DNA of 64,000 nucleotides from NCBI GenBank assembly GCA_046563655.1, contig CM102283.1, positions 806,001 through 870,000 of the forward strand, in the 5' to 3' direction. Positions 47,572 to 61,041 of this stretch are shown here, in pieces. Numbering within the stretch: the first letter of the stretch is position 1; every line of letters starts with the position of its first letter. Below the pieces are notes generated by a model. It saw nothing but the letters and a program-made list of their open reading frames with translations, was not told the origin of the DNA and searched no databases. The position numbers and the translations under genes were made by a program. The stretch comes from Yuukianura sp. NJ FZ-2021 (lineage: Eukaryota).

Positions 47572-49328
47572 TTCCAATTCAGACGAAGATTTCGACTCAG
47601 TTGATGTCTCAGCCTCTGTGTACCTGGAAGATTTAATTGAATTGATGTAGGGTGATTTGATTTGAACAGTTAATTAGCAAATCCTAAAAAGACAGAGAAG
47701 GACGACACTGACGATTGACGAAACAATGACGACGTGAAAATGTTGTTTCCATACCCCAAAACCAAACATTCATAAAAAAAAAATTAATGAAATTTAAAGC
47801 TTCCGCGTTGAACGTGAACCCCCCATGCAGTTCTCTCAATAATCTTACACCGTTACTTCTTTCTGCTATAGTTTTTGGTGTAAAAGTTGCGCTCAAAAAA
47901 TTAATACCCGGTACAGGCGTTCCGCTCCCGCATCCCAGATTTGCATACCTTTTTTGTGATCGGTAGTGCGGCGAATCCCAGCCAACATCGAACCTCTTCC
48001 ACAACCACAGCGAAATAAAATGAGAAACATCTGTTTTTGAGTTGCAATTTGACAGAACAGCAGCCAGAGCTACGCTACACACACGATTTAACCCATTAAT
48101 ACCGGCGATTATGACTGTTGATGTCGGTTCCAAGTTCATCGCGTACAATGATCAGACCTGTACGGGTTCCAACTACATTGATCACGATACTCATATCTGT
48201 ACCGGTTAAAATTTCCTCGCGTATGATAATCAGACCCAATCAAAATGCACTTATTAAAATTACGATGCAACTGGTGAATTAGCGGGTTTTAAATTAAATG
48301 TGACTATTTTTTACCAACCGAACATGCTGTAAGTTGATATTCAAAGGGACAAATCGGTAACTTCGGCTACCCTTAAACGTGAATCTTTCATAAAAACGAA
48401 ATACTTTTCATAAAAACAATTTTTTAAGCTCATACTTTCCTCCATATTGTGCAATATCGAACTACATCATTTTATTACAGTGCGAGATTTTCTGTGTGAC
48501 GGGTACCCTACCCGCCCAAAGCCGGGTCTATAACGGATGGTGTACTCGGGTGATCCCGTAGTATGGTTGGCTAAAGCTGAGTTGGCATTTGGTAAATTTT
48601 AAATTGTGTATCTTCTTAAGTTTTAAGGCCATGGGAGGTGGTAATTTCCAGCGGAATTGGTGGAAGCAGGTGGAGGCGGAATGGGTGAACAACTTGAATT
48701 GTGTATTCCTGAGATTGAAGTTGTGAGTGACAAGTCAATGACTGCCGGTTACTGCCACTTACTGCAATTTGTTCAGCAGATAAGGACGCTAAATCCAGTC
48801 TTCCAGTCCATACGGTTTTAATTAGTCATCCTCCGGTGGATTCCAGCAGGTAAAGATTCATTTCCAAACTACTAAATTACAAATTAAAAACAGTTTTTAT
48901 TAGTATTCACTTGTGTAACAGATGGTAAAGTGTGTTACTCAAAACATTTATATTTTAATGACTAGATAGTAAGAGTAACTTTTCAGTAACAGTTGTAAGA
49001 TTGAGTAAGGTCAAGGTCAGCATTTCTTAAGACCACGAACAATTTCGTGATTTTAAAGAAAAACTAATTAAATTGAATCGTAAATGTACAATCAAGCATA
49101 TTTTGTCACTTCCATTTCAGCAAACATGTTTCATATAACGGTAGATGAAATTATGACTATTTTTTCACGACGACAAACATTTAGGATACGACTTGGCGCG
49201 TTAAAACTTGGCGCGTTAAATTTAATTATCCTGTGGAACAAATTAATGTATAAATTAATTTTACTTTCACTTTCGTTATTTTTGTTCTTTTAGCGTTACG
49301 GCAATACAATAAATGTTAATGTGATTAG

Positions 49329-49533
49329 CAGGGATGTCAAAAATATGTCCTAAAACCCTCGAAATATGGACAAAAGATTATGTTTTTAAAAATCGCCCAA
49401 ATATTTACTTAACATTAAGGGCATGGACAAATAAATAAATATTTAGAAACAAAAACCCCACAACTATTACCTAGCCTAACCTTTTTTTTTTGTTAATTAC
49501 GGGCATGGAGACTAAATATGTTTGGCATCCCTG
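49329..49533. mobile_element. hAT-like MITE, copy 2
   Basis: TIRs CAGGGATGTCAAAAATA / TATGTTTGGCATCCCTG; 8-bp TSD GTGATTAG/GTAATTAG (one mismatch). Confidence 0.85.
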
Positions 49534-49814
49534 GTAATTAGTTGTCGAGTACAATACTAAAGAAATGTGGGGATTCTTTGTGCGTGCGCATTCATCCGTA
49601 AGCAGTATAACCTTGGCCAAATATATACTGAAAAGAAGTAGATATTCGAGTGTTAGATATTCATAGGTTTTTGTTTACTGAAAACGAATAATGTAAAATG
49701 AAGTTTAGGTGAATACATTTTGGGAAGTAAGAAATTATAGTTGTATACATAAAGTACTTTTCTTAATTTGATATTAATTTAGTCGTATAGTAAGTATAAG
49801 GTTGATTCCCAGTT

Positions 49815-50198
49815 TTAGTTGTTGGGTGGTGGTGAAGACACCCCCGTCAACGAGTACGATTGTTCAGGCTCCCCGCCATTGACCTCCTCTGCATCCAGTC
49901 TCCGCTCGGCCCACCAGCGCCACGTTCCAATTCCCACGCCAGCCACCAGCAAGGCCCCACCAACCAGCGCCGCTGGAAGCGACCGTTCGAATAAGTTGAT
50001 TGCGGAGAGGAAGAGTAGGAGGAGGCCGGAGAGGATGAAGGTGACGGTCGCCTTGAGGTACATTCGCTTAGGTCGCGGGTTCGTACCCACCGTGGGCGGT
50101 CGTAGATGGAGGCTCATTTTGTGCGTATTTCTCGTGCCAATTGAGTCTGGCTGGGCGTTGGGCAGGGGCAGGGAGGCCGACGGCATGTACGACAGCAT
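49815..50198 (-). CDS. Small hypothetical protein with two transmembrane helices
   Basis: GC-rich exon after acceptor CTCTTTGCAG (~50240); helices ATVTFILSGLLLLFLSAINL and LPAALVGGALLVAGVGIGTW followed by RWW. Start codon uncertain. Confidence 0.55.
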   Translation of the reverse strand: MLSYMPSASLPLPNAQPDSIGTRNTHKMSLHLRPPTVGTNPRPKRMYLKATVTFILSGLLLLFLSAINLFERSLPAALVGGALLVAGVGIGTWRWWAERRLDAEEVNGGEPEQSYSLTGVSSPPPNN

Positions 50199-51869
50199 GG
50201 TGACCTTTGACCCTGCGCACCACTTTAGCAAAAACTACCTGCAAAGAGAAGAGAAATTGTTGTTACCGTAAAAGAAAATAACGAAACCATACTCACAAGG
50301 TTTGATTTCAAAACTATGGAGGAAAATCGATGACACAAAAACGAAAACTACAAAATTTCTTTTTATTTCATTTTTTAGCAATTTTCCCCATATAGCTAGG
50401 CGATTTAAAAAACATGTAATGAATTTTTTTTTCGGTGTTTCGACAAGTTTTGAACAACACTGTATTTAAATACAACACCGTTTTGTTTCTGGGTAAATCT
50501 GAACTAAAAAATTAAACCGGCGCGCCAGTTCGATCTCCCATTTTTAACTACTAGTGCAATTTAAACCAAAGGTGTTGTTAGCCGTACGAAATGAGAAAGT
50601 TATGTTTTGAGAGAATGGACTTTGCGAATTTCAAAAATCGGAGTTGTGAATTTTTTTGCTTTGAGCTGAAAGATTTAGGTCAAAGGTCAAGTTTTACCTG
50701 TAGCGGGTCTCCCCTTAAGATTTGACCCCTGTCACTCACTGGGTTGTTTTTGGAAGGTCAGAGTCTGACTGGACTTGTGGATTGACATGTTAAGGCCCTT
50801 GACAGGTCAGAGGCAGAAGACAACTGAATTTTTGCAACAAGTTATATAGACTTTGAGTGGAGGGGTTTTGAAGTGTGTGCTCATCTGGAGCAGGGAGCAG
50901 AACCAATCGATCTCCAAAAAGCTTCGGATGTTCTCCAGCCAAAAGTGGAGATAGTGGGGCCAGGGCGCAGGTCACCAAGGGGCATCCTAGCAAAGTGGCA
51001 TTCGAATAAGAGCGGCCCACCACACAAACAATTATTGTCTCGACCCACCCCACAACTCCAAATCAATCACAATTAACCTCATACATTTATCCCCCCATCG
51101 ATCCACACACCTTCCATCCCTTAAATCCCACAGAGAAAGGCTTTTCCTGGAGAGCCAGCCATTTTTTACACCCTGGAAAATACTGCCAAACAGTCATGAA
51201 TTTTTAATTTGAAAAATAGCGCCAAGGATCTATACATTTCTCCAACCTGAAAAATTAGCCCCCAGCAGCCATTGATTTCTTCAAATTGAGAAATAGTAGA
51301 TAGAATGCCCTGAATGCTTTCAAATTCAAAAAGAGTACGAAAGGTTTTTTGAAATTGAAAAAAAAAATAGCGCCAAGCATTCATAGATTTTTTTAAACTT
51401 AAAAAGAACGCCAAAGGATACATGATACAAAGGTTTTAAAATTCAAAAAACAGCGCTAAACAACTACCTACTATGAATTTCTAAAAATTGAAACGTTGAT
51501 GGGATTTAAAATTTTTGAAATTGAAAAAAGGGTGCTAAACGAAAATTTTTCTTTCTTTTTGCATGCAATAAAGTACAATGTACAGTGTTGTTGACGAAAA
51601 AATAGACACCGCAAAAACATTTCCATTGAATTTTTTTTTCAAAATTAGGAATTTCTGTGGGGCAGATCGAGGCCAAAAATTTATGTTACAAAAATCTACA
51701 TTACGATTATTGTTTTTTTTTTTCGAATTTGCTAGTTATTTTAAAAATCTACAAACTTTTGAATATGTTTGGTGCATACTTTCTTAAATGAACAACACTG
51801 CGTAACTTATTAGTGCTTTGGTCTAATAAACATTTTTGTATGTTCCAGAAATTCGAGTTCGGAACAAAA

Positions 51870-53353
51870 ATGGGGTTTGATGTAAAGAGGTAAGTAATAC
51901 ATATGAAGGTGGAATTCAAAAATTATTCGTTTTTTTTTAAATTCATTGTCGATATTGTTCTCCTTAAACAGATTTGACATTTATCGAAAAGTGCCTAAGG
52001 ACCTGACTCAACCCACACTCACAGGTACTGTGAAGAATTATTATAATAATTTAACTAAATAGTTTAACTAACTTAAATGAGTTCATATTTAACTAACTTA
52101 ATTTGGCCTTAGGTGCTCTGATCTCTCTGACTTGCTGCTTCTGCATCTTCGTTTTAATCGTGTCTGAGCTGAACCGCTACTTGGCAATTGACCTCGTTTC
52201 TACCGTGTACGTCGACAATCCAAATCCAGAGTCGCGCATTCCAGTAATTCTGACCATAGAACTTCCGAAACTCAAATGCGAATGTAAGTCATCGCTTTTA
52301 ACTTTTGGAACAAAGGTCAGAGGTCAACGTTCTATTTGGTGTAGATGTGGGGCTGGACATCCAGGATGACATGGGGAGGCATGAGGTTGGATTTGTAGAC
52401 AATACTGAAAAGACGCCAATCAACGACGCAGAGGGCTGTCTGTTCCACGCAAGCTTCCAAATTAACAAAGTTCCTGGTGAGAATATATTTCATTAATTTT
52501 AGGTAATTAGTTTAATTATTTTATTTAATTTAAATTAATTCATTACAGGTAACTTCCATGTCTCGACTCATTCTGCTCAACACCACCCCGATAACCCTGA
52601 TTTTACGCACAGGATCGTCGAGGTGCGCATGGGCGATAACATTTTAACGCAGAACGTTCCGGGTTCTTTCAATCCACTCCAGAATGTCCAGAAGCAGACA
52701 GATTTGGGTAATAAAATTCAACTAAGCTAATTAATTACCTTGTTTATCAGCATATAACGCTCACGTTATCTGTTGTTTTTGTGGGGCGTGCTCTAATACT
52801 TATTGTTAGTGACATTTTGTTTTGAAAGTTTTAAAGAAGTTTTTCGTTTTTTTAGTTTTGCTTTGCCTCCGCAAAAACATGCCATAACGCGCGCGGTATA
52901 CGCCGATACATAGGGTAGTAGTTGCTTTGCTTTCATGGCTTGTGCTCTGACCTGAGTTTATCTTCTTCCAGGATTTGAATCCCATGATTACCAACTAAGA
53001 ATTGTACCTACAGTATATGAAACAACAAGTGGAAGGAGTCATGTCAGCTACCAGTACACCTATGCCTACAGAGTAAGAAGTCACTATACTTGTTTCACCA
53101 TGTCAAAGGTTAATAATTTTTATTATTGTTTTGTTAGACTTACATTAGAATGGGAGGTTCGGCCATTTGGTTTCGATATGACCTTTCACCCTTGACAGTC
53201 AAATACAACGAACGGGGTGAACCGCTTCTCGCATTCCTCACTGCCATTTGCGCAGTCGTAGGCGGAGTTTTCACAGTCGCTGGAATCATCGACGGTCTCG
53301 TCTTCTCCGGTCAAGAGATTTTCAAAAAACTGGAAATTGGGAAGCAGAGTTGA
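51870..53353 (+). CDS. ERGIC1: Endoplasmic reticulum-Golgi intermediate compartment protein 1
   Basis: MGFDVKRFDIYRKVPKDLTQPTLTGALIS..., GLDIQDDMGRHEVG, INKVPGNFHVSTHSA, HDYQLRIVPTVYE, AIWFRYDLSPLTVKY, AICAVVGGVFTVAGIIDG...IGKQS*; multi-exon. Confidence 0.95.
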
Positions 53354-55229
53354 AAAATTCAAGGGTCACTGTTCTCCAATCTCACCGCCATCACCGCTGT
53401 TTTAAAAAAAAATCTCTTTGTACTAAACCCTGTATTTTTGAACAATTCAGTAGTTACTTATTTTATGGAACTTTCTAGTCCAGCACAGCGCACTTCCAAA
53501 TCATTCCTTTCGGTTCACATTCACTTTTTAAGCAGGTAAAACGAAAAAGTAAAGTATTTTATCCAAAACAAGCACATAAACGAATATTGGTTGGAGTAAT
53601 GCAGACTTGCATAAATTGTAACCACCGAAGCCATTTGATCTGCTGTTTATAGTGGTACAATGCAATTACTAAGCTAGGTTTGTTTAAGTTTTGTATCCAT
53701 TTGATTGGAACTAGTCGTTGTAACCACAGGGTGATTAGTGGATACAAATGTCTACCAGTGAAAAATAAATTCAACCCAAGTCAAATTCAGGCACGTTCAC
53801 CAGGCTTGCTTGCTGGACCGATTCACGGTTACAAACATGGCATCGGTGGTTACACTTGGTGCAATCCACGTTTAGCTCAACCCATACTTTCGTCATTCCG
53901 CGTATACAAATACTTTAACGAAAACCATCCCTACTTCAACCGAAACTATCTTCAAGCGCTCATGCTCGAATGACCGTACCGTTTCTGTTTCTAGAACATG
54001 CGTAAGACTAAAATGGTAACCTCGCGTGTTGACAAAGGAGGGAGAGTTTCGTGTTTAGATTTGAAGCATGATTAGCATTAATCGACCACCTTTGTCTCGA
54101 TTCTAATTAACATATTTTGGTACGCTCTGTGTTCAGAATTGATTTGGAAAGGAAGCAGCAGGAAACGACCGCTCCCTCATTTCATCTTTGATCGGATTTC
54201 TGCGAGTCATCGCTCAGCATCAACTCTCCTTCATTACAACTTCCATCGATCATCATTCTATAACCACCATAACTCTGTTCAGGTAACGAAGTAGGAAACT
54301 AATTAAAATTCAGGACTGGCAACTGAGTCACTGACAGTCTGGTTGGATCCACGCAGTTTTGTGGCCATTACCACAAGCCACTTGCTTGTTATTTGGAGAG
54401 CAGTCACAAAACAGTTCTCGAATCACTCTATCATTTCTATTGCAATTGGACTGCTCAGTGGTCTCTCTCCTTGTGATTTAATTGTTTTCGTTCGTTTGAA
54501 GGTTGATTGAGGACACAGAATCTGCCATTGTTACGATCACCAACAAGAGGACAGGTGATAGCAGGTGAGAATCCATTGTTTTCCTTTTCAAGTTGTTTTG
54601 GAATGAGGCCGTTCATTTCATTCACTACCCCCTCCCTGTCTCTGCAAATGCAATCCACGTACAAACTTACTATTTACTACACACAACAGTTCTTATTGCC
54701 ACTTTACTACTTTTGGACTTTGTAGGATGAGGTAGGAAGGAGGAGACGATGATATACAAATCAAGTCAAGAGGAACAACAGACCAGAAGGAGGTTTTCAC
54801 ACTCGGCCATCAAACCAGGTCAGGTGAGACGAAGCATACGATGAAAGAATTAGGAACATTGGCCAAATACCGAGATTAAGTTTAACCCCAGTTCAGTATT
54901 TGACTTCCACTTGCAACAGTGACATTCGTTTTGTTGTTTCTGTTTTACAGGGGGACAATGAGAGCAGTCTAAGTCTGAGACAAGACAGTCAAAGATTCGT
55001 GAGGATTGTCGCCGCCGGACGCATGAGCAGGTGAATTTTGCCAAGACAGGTTGGACAAGTGCCTTACCATCGAAAACGGTACGAACATTGTTAAAAAATT
55101 AGAGTTTGAATGTGCAAAGTTTTGTTTTTGAATCTGGCTAATTGATGTCTCATCTGTTTTTAGACTGGAGTGGGAGGTGTCAAGTAACAAGTGATTTTTC
55201 ATTACGCAACCGTGTACAATAGCAAAGTC

Positions 55230-57341
55230 ATGGATTGTCCTAAGTTTACGCCGAATATTTTCTACCCTTCAAAGTGTCGGCAGTGTTTCAAGTGTAGAGA
55301 GGATCATCAAAACAAAGATGGCGGCGGAAACTCCACAAGTAGCAACGACAGTGGAGGCGGACAGAGTGGAGACGTGCTCAAGTGTGGCCACCTTTTCATT
55401 GCTCCACAAGACTACTTACCACAAGATCCACATTCAAGAAATAAGAGGTGGCAAAGACGGTGGTTCATTTTACGTCAACAAGGCCAACAAGTAACGGTTT
55501 CCTATTCCATCGACGATCATCCAGAAGCAGTTCCACAGGGGAAGATTGACCTTGGATCCGTTCAGGAACTGCATTCGGGAGAAGAGCTTACAGGTCACGA
55601 GTACTCTTTCGTTCTCAAGTTGTCTCAGACCAGTTTCTACCTCAAAGGAAGTTCCAGTGACGAATCACGAAAATGGCTTCGTCTCCTCTCCAAATACGTT
55701 CCAAACAGCTTAGATCCTATTAGTAACGGTCGTTTGAGTCTCCGACGTTCGAGTAGCAGTTGTGCCTCTACAGGATCCGTCTGTACGCCGGACGAGTTCC
55801 GTCCACTTTCAGTAGTAACTTCACCGAAACAATCTCCGCAATCGCCTTTGTCACCACCGCCTTCATTTTCCAAGGTGAAGACTCCAGTACAAGTTCAGGT
55901 CATCGGCAAGGTACAACCGCTCGTCAGACTGCGTTCGTACAATCCGTCTTACGAATCCGTCAAAACGTCAACCGCTACACCGACCACTGCCATTCCTGTT
56001 GAATCTGCACTGTTAAAAAAAGCGGCTGGAGCCACCACTCATCTGCGTGGAGATCCCGATGGTGGAGAACAGTTTGTCACAGTTGACGCAGCTCAAAGTC
56101 CTACCGGAAAATGGACTTCATCCAACGTCAAGCCTCCGACTCCGCCTGTCACGAGCGTTCGCAATCGACTAGAGGCTCTTAAACTCCAATTGGCCTCCAG
56201 AAGATGGGAGCTGGACAAAATTACAAATAAGGATCCCGGCACTGTACTTAAATCAGACCGCGTCATGGTAGACACTCTGAAGCACCAACTAAATTCTTAT
56301 TTTCTGGAAATTGACAAACTGAGTCACAGCCTAAACACTCAGGAACGTGAGCTACGCAGTCTTTTGAAAAATAAAGATGCACAGTTAGCTGAATTAGAGA
56401 AGGAAGTCTCTCGTCTCTCGGCTCTTCCGATTCAAAATACTTTGCTGACAGAAGAGAATCGACTTTTGGTGACCCGGATCAACGACCTTACGGAGAAATT
56501 CTACAATATGGAGAAAAATTCCAAACTGCTCAAAACCAAACTCCATCGTTACAGAACGAATAGTTTGAAGGACAAGGATCTGGAGCAGGAAGTGACCACG
56601 AAAGTGGCTCAACTGGAGTCTCGATTGAACCAGTTCCTGCCGTTTCCCATGGACACGCCACCCTCCTCTCCATGTTCTTCTGCCACACCGACTCCTGTGG
56701 CTGAAAAGAAGTCTCTCCTTGGCGTGATTCTTAAATTGAACGAACTGGAACAACGATTTGAACAGCCACAAGCCTTCAACCCTGCCGCAGAGTGGTACAA
56801 ATGTGGAAACTGTGAATTTCTCCAAGAGGAAATTCAAGAACGAGATGGAAAATTAAACGAATTAGAGGCAATTGTTCATACGTTAGAGGCTACACTGGAG
56901 CATACTCAATCCATTCGGACGAAATACGAGGCAGAAGTTGCTGAAGTTCAGACTCTCTGTGCAGAATCACTGACTCAATTGGAAACAGCATACAACCGAT
57001 TAGTTGGAGAACTGGAAGAGAAACACCAAGTTGAGATGACGCAGTTCGAAATGTCTAAAGAGCAGGAACTGGAGGAAGAGACAAGAGCGACGAGAGAGAC
57101 GCTGGAACTGCTCAAGCGTACTTACGAGGCGGAATTGGCCAATGGTGTTGCCGAGGCAAAGCAAGACTTGAGACGGAAGTATGCCGAGCGTGGAACGGCG
57201 TTGCAAGAGTTACATCGGCGACACGAGGAAGAGACGCAGACGCTGAGAGAAAAAGTGAACCAACTGGCGCTGAAGTATTCGGAGAAATGTGTGGAATGCG
57301 GGCAGCTACAAGAAGCTCTTCTGCAGCGAAGTACTTCTTAA
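55230..57341 (+). CDS. Outspread/MPRIP(TRIOBP)-like PH-domain and coiled-coil protein, single coding exon
   Basis: N-terminal CPKFTPNIFYPSKCRQCFKCREDH, PH domain (LFIAP...KRWQRRWFIL...YSIDDHPEAVPQG.IDL...W.RLL), LRGDPDG motif, and a long coiled coil with EETRAT and YSEKCVE. Confidence 0.85.
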   Translation: MDCPKFTPNIFYPSKCRQCFKCREDHQNKDGGGNSTSSNDSGGGQSGDVLKCGHLFIAPQDYLPQDPHSRNKRWQRRWFILRQQGQQVTVSYSIDDHPEAVPQGKIDLGSVQELHSGEELTGHEYSFVLKLSQTSFYLKGSSSDESRKWLRLLSKYVPNSLDPISNGRLSLRRSSSSCASTGSVCTPDEFRPLSVVTSPKQSPQSPLSPPPSFSKVKTPVQVQVIGKVQPLVRLRSYNPSYESVKTSTATPTTAIPVESALLKKAAGATTHLRGDPDGGEQFVTVDAAQSPTGKWTSSNVKPPTPPVTSVRNRLEALKLQLASRRWELDKITNKDPGTVLKSDRVMVDTLKHQLNSYFLEIDKLSHSLNTQERELRSLLKNKDAQLAELEKEVSRLSALPIQNTLLTEENRLLVTRINDLTEKFYNMEKNSKLLKTKLHRYRTNSLKDKDLEQEVTTKVAQLESRLNQFLPFPMDTPPSSPCSSATPTPVAEKKSLLGVILKLNELEQRFEQPQAFNPAAEWYKCGNCEFLQEEIQERDGKLNELEAIVHTLEATLEHTQSIRTKYEAEVAEVQTLCAESLTQLETAYNRLVGELEEKHQVEMTQFEMSKEQELEEETRATRETLELLKRTYEAELANGVAEAKQDLRRKYAERGTALQELHRRHEEETQTLREKVNQLALKYSEKCVECGQLQEALLQRSTS

Positions 57342-58096
57342 AACTTAAACTAGGAATCGATAATCGATGGAGCAATCATTAATCCTTCCAGCAGTATAAA
57401 AACTCAAGTTAGAACTTTGTTCAAAGCGGGCAGAAGCTTGATGTCGATGCAACAATCATAACTTCAAAATCATATTTTAGAAGAGGCAACTATTTTTTAG
57501 AAGCGATTAACATTGTTCTAGCAGAAACTAAGGAGTCACTTATGATATGAATTAAAGTACTTAATTGAAGTCTTGGAATATTTTTTACATAGTTCATGTT
57601 CTGGAGCTGAAGCAATTTGGAGATGGATCTATGGCGCCCTCTGACCTGAGACGAGGGATGGACGTTTATCGTTATTTCGTGTCATGTTTTTCGCGCTTCA
57701 TGCGTTGCAATCACGATGAATTTAAAATTATGTTGACCGTCTATTTATTTATCGCTGCTGTCTCTAGTCTCTGCACTACTTAAAGTCAACCGTTATTCAC
57801 TGCAGCTAAGGTGAAAGGTGGAACACTTTCCTCGTTCCAATTTTAATTTAGTTGGCAACAGTCGGCAAGGATTTTGCACATTGGTTGTCATTTATCTTTG
57901 AATCATTCATTTTGAACAAACACGTCCATTTGTCCAGTTCATGAAAATGTCATTGGTAAAGGCAAAAATGTAAACAAAATCATAAATCTTTTAGAGTTGT
58001 CACCGTTTGGGAAACACTCAAAATAAACTTTCAGTTTCAGTCAGTATCCCAAGTCGGCCGGACTTTTTAAAAATTCTTGGTTCTCAAATTTTCAAA

Positions 58097-59930
58097 ATGA
58101 GGGCGACTCTGTATGCTGTTGACCTTATGGTGGTTGTGTGTTTGTTTGGTGTTTCATGTCGAGGTCAAGCAGTGCAGAGAATTTCCTTCGGAGAGCACTG
58201 TAATGACACAGTAAAGTGTGATAACAGTGGTTGGCTCAGGTGTCAGTCGTCGCTTTGCGTATGTGAAATTGATGACATGATCTTTGACCCATCCAGAGGC
58301 AAATGTGTTTCGAAACCTGGAGAAAGTTGCAAGTATCTCGTGCCAAACAATGGCGGAATGATTTTATACAGAAGCACAGAGTGTGTCGCGAATGCGCACT
58401 GCAACAATGCATTCATCTGCGCATGTAATCAAGGCCACTTCGAAAGTGTGGATGGAAAGTGCGTGGAACAGAAGGATGTTGACGGTCCTTGCGTATCCAG
58501 TGCGGAATGCAAAGACTCCAAGTTCCTATTTTGCATCGAGGGACAGTGTCGCTGCTCTGGTGAGCATAATCACATGTATGCCAATCCGACCTATGACAAT
58601 TCCACTTCAATGTGTGTTACTAAAGCGGGAAAACTCAATTCCGGTGAGACATCATGCATGCGTAGAAGGATCCAACCTTAACCTTCACGGTGTGTGCACT
58701 TGCGACGAATCAGACTACAATTATGCTGGACCGGATGGCTTCTGTCATAGAAAAAAAGATGTCGGCGAAGTGTGTGTAGGAGACGAAGAATGCCAATTTG
58801 TCAATAAGTACTTCACTTGTACCGACGGAAAATGTGGATGCAATCCACATACATCTCTGTTAAAAGCTCTTCAAAAACGAAGAACCGTCATAACTTACGA
58901 GAAGGTGGAAGCTGTGGACCCGGATGAACGGGACGCTGGAACGGACGACGAAGGGAACCAGCTTTACTACCGAGACTACGATGATTACATCACAATTCAA
59001 GGGGAGTTGCTTGGAAGTGCTGCAGAAATTTGTACACCGTATCGCTGTTCGCTGTTCGTATACATCAACGTCTCAACAACAACTACTGTAATTGACACCA
59101 TGTCACAGTGCGTTGGTTTAGCTCGCCTTCCGTGCAATCTAGAATCCAACTGCGTCAAAGATTCTACCTGCGTTGAGGGCACTTGCGTTTGCGCAGGATC
59201 CTTCTCCCCTACTTCCACTGGAACCTGCGGCATCGGATACGGACAGCCCTGCTCCAAGTCAACGCCGTGCTCAGACTCTTTCAAATGTACAAACAACAAA
59301 TGCAACTGTCCGCAGTCTAAGCACCAAGTTTATGACAATTTCAGGAAGAAATGTGTTGGACGCGTCTCGTCTTTCTGCAATGACGATTCAGACTGCTTGT
59401 CCAACACAATTTGTCGAGTAGTAAATGAAACTGGAAGGAAGCAGTGCACTTGCGCAGAGGGATTTGTAGAAGATGAATTCGGAAAATGCGACAAGGCCTG
59501 GAATTCACCTTGTGATGAGCTGGACAAGACCCCATGTGATACCGTGGCTCAGTTGGAATGTCGGAATGGCTTCTGCGCATGCTCCGATACTTTGACTAGC
59601 TACGACGCCAGTCAACGTAAATGCTTGGGGGTTGTTGGTGCTCGATGTTCTTCCGCTCCAAGAACTGTCGATATGGCTAAGCTTGTGACTGAATGCAGCG
59701 AGGGAGCTCACTGTGTCCAGAAGAATTCGAATGGATGGGTGGCAGGACGTTGCTTATGCAAAAATGAATTTGAAGTGAAGGAAGACATGATGTGTCACAA
59801 GGGTCAGTCTCCGAATTCCACTTTGGAGCAAAAAGCAGAATCTGCTGAGGCATCTCGGCTAAAGCTGGTTCCGGATGAAGTTGAAAATGATCCAGCATCT
59901 TCCACGGAGGTCGACCCTGAAGATCATTAA
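58097..59930 (+). CDS. Secreted Cys-rich EB/EGF-like repeat protein, interrupted by a frameshift near 58630-58655
   Basis: Signal-peptide-like start MRATLYAVDLMVVVCLFGVSCRG; repeated G..C....C......C....C.C modules continue from ORF 58007-58681 into ORF 58383-59930 in another frame. Confidence 0.8.
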
Positions 59931-61041
59931 ACTTCATAACAATTTTCCAGCGCAATTATTTCCTGTTAACTGATCAAAATTTATATCAAATTGTATAAAG
60001 CTGGTTGAATTGTAACAAATCAAAAATTCGTATTCATAAGATTTGGTTTGTGTCACCAACCGAAAGCCAGAATGCATCAACAGTTTAGTAACAGTAGTCT
60101 TTTATTCCTTATAATTTGAATATAATAATTTGCTTGTTGATATAATTGTAGATGACGGAATTCAATGTTGGTACAATCGGAATCGAATTTGGGATTTACG
60201 CGTGGAAGAAATTCGTAATCAAAGGCAACCGTAGTTCACTTATGGGACAGGACAGGACCTTTTCCTTACTACGGAAACCACTTCCGGTTGAAAATCCATA
60301 TCTTCCTTCACTAAAAGTCAAAATTTAAAAGTTTTTCAAAACTATTTGAGTGTAACTTTTAATCCACCTCACTCTTTGCCCCAAAAGTCTACATTTAAAA
60401 TTCGAACTACAAAAAAAAAATCGAATTTATGACCTTGACAGCATATGATTTGCGATATTGCTAAATTGGATCATGTAATGCAAAGAACATTTTACAGCTT
60501 ACAAAATTTAAAGAGTTAACATTTAGCTAGGCTAAGTGCAGAGTATATAAAGAGCGTATACCCAGGATAATAGTTTCAAGTGTGCAATCCAGTCAAGCCA
60601 AGGTTCCTTGACAACGAAAGATTATTTTCTTTAACAGGTTGGGTGCTACCTCGCTTGTTGACAAAACAAAAAAAGAAAAACAAAAATTGATACCAATTCG
60701 TACGCAAAATTTAAAAAATTCGGCTGTATTGTTATGACTACGATGCCCTAAAATAAAAAGACACTTTTTTGCTAACCCAACCTGTTAAAGCAAATCCAAG
60801 TCAACAAACCTTGCAGTCAATTCTGATTCGTAATTTGTATTAGGAAATGAAATATTCTAAATTGATCAAGGAAGTGTCAAATATGGTTTATGGTTTTTCC
60901 CCGCACTACGCTTCGCAGTCTGTCAAATCAACACCTAAACTGCACATTCACAAAACAGAAGCTGCAATAAAGTGTTTGTGGTGGCGTTTTTCTACTACTA
61001 TTAAATAGGTGGCCCTGTTTAATTAAACAGTATAGAAGAAT

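Noticed and set aside
48826-48840. 14-bp match (CACCGGAGGATGAC, minus strand) to the LTR start
   Set aside because: No similarity extends beyond it; treated as chance.
49819-50271. 150-aa plus-strand ORF
   Set aside because: Antisense shadow of the GC-rich minus-strand 2-TM exon, which has the splice acceptor and the protein-like features.
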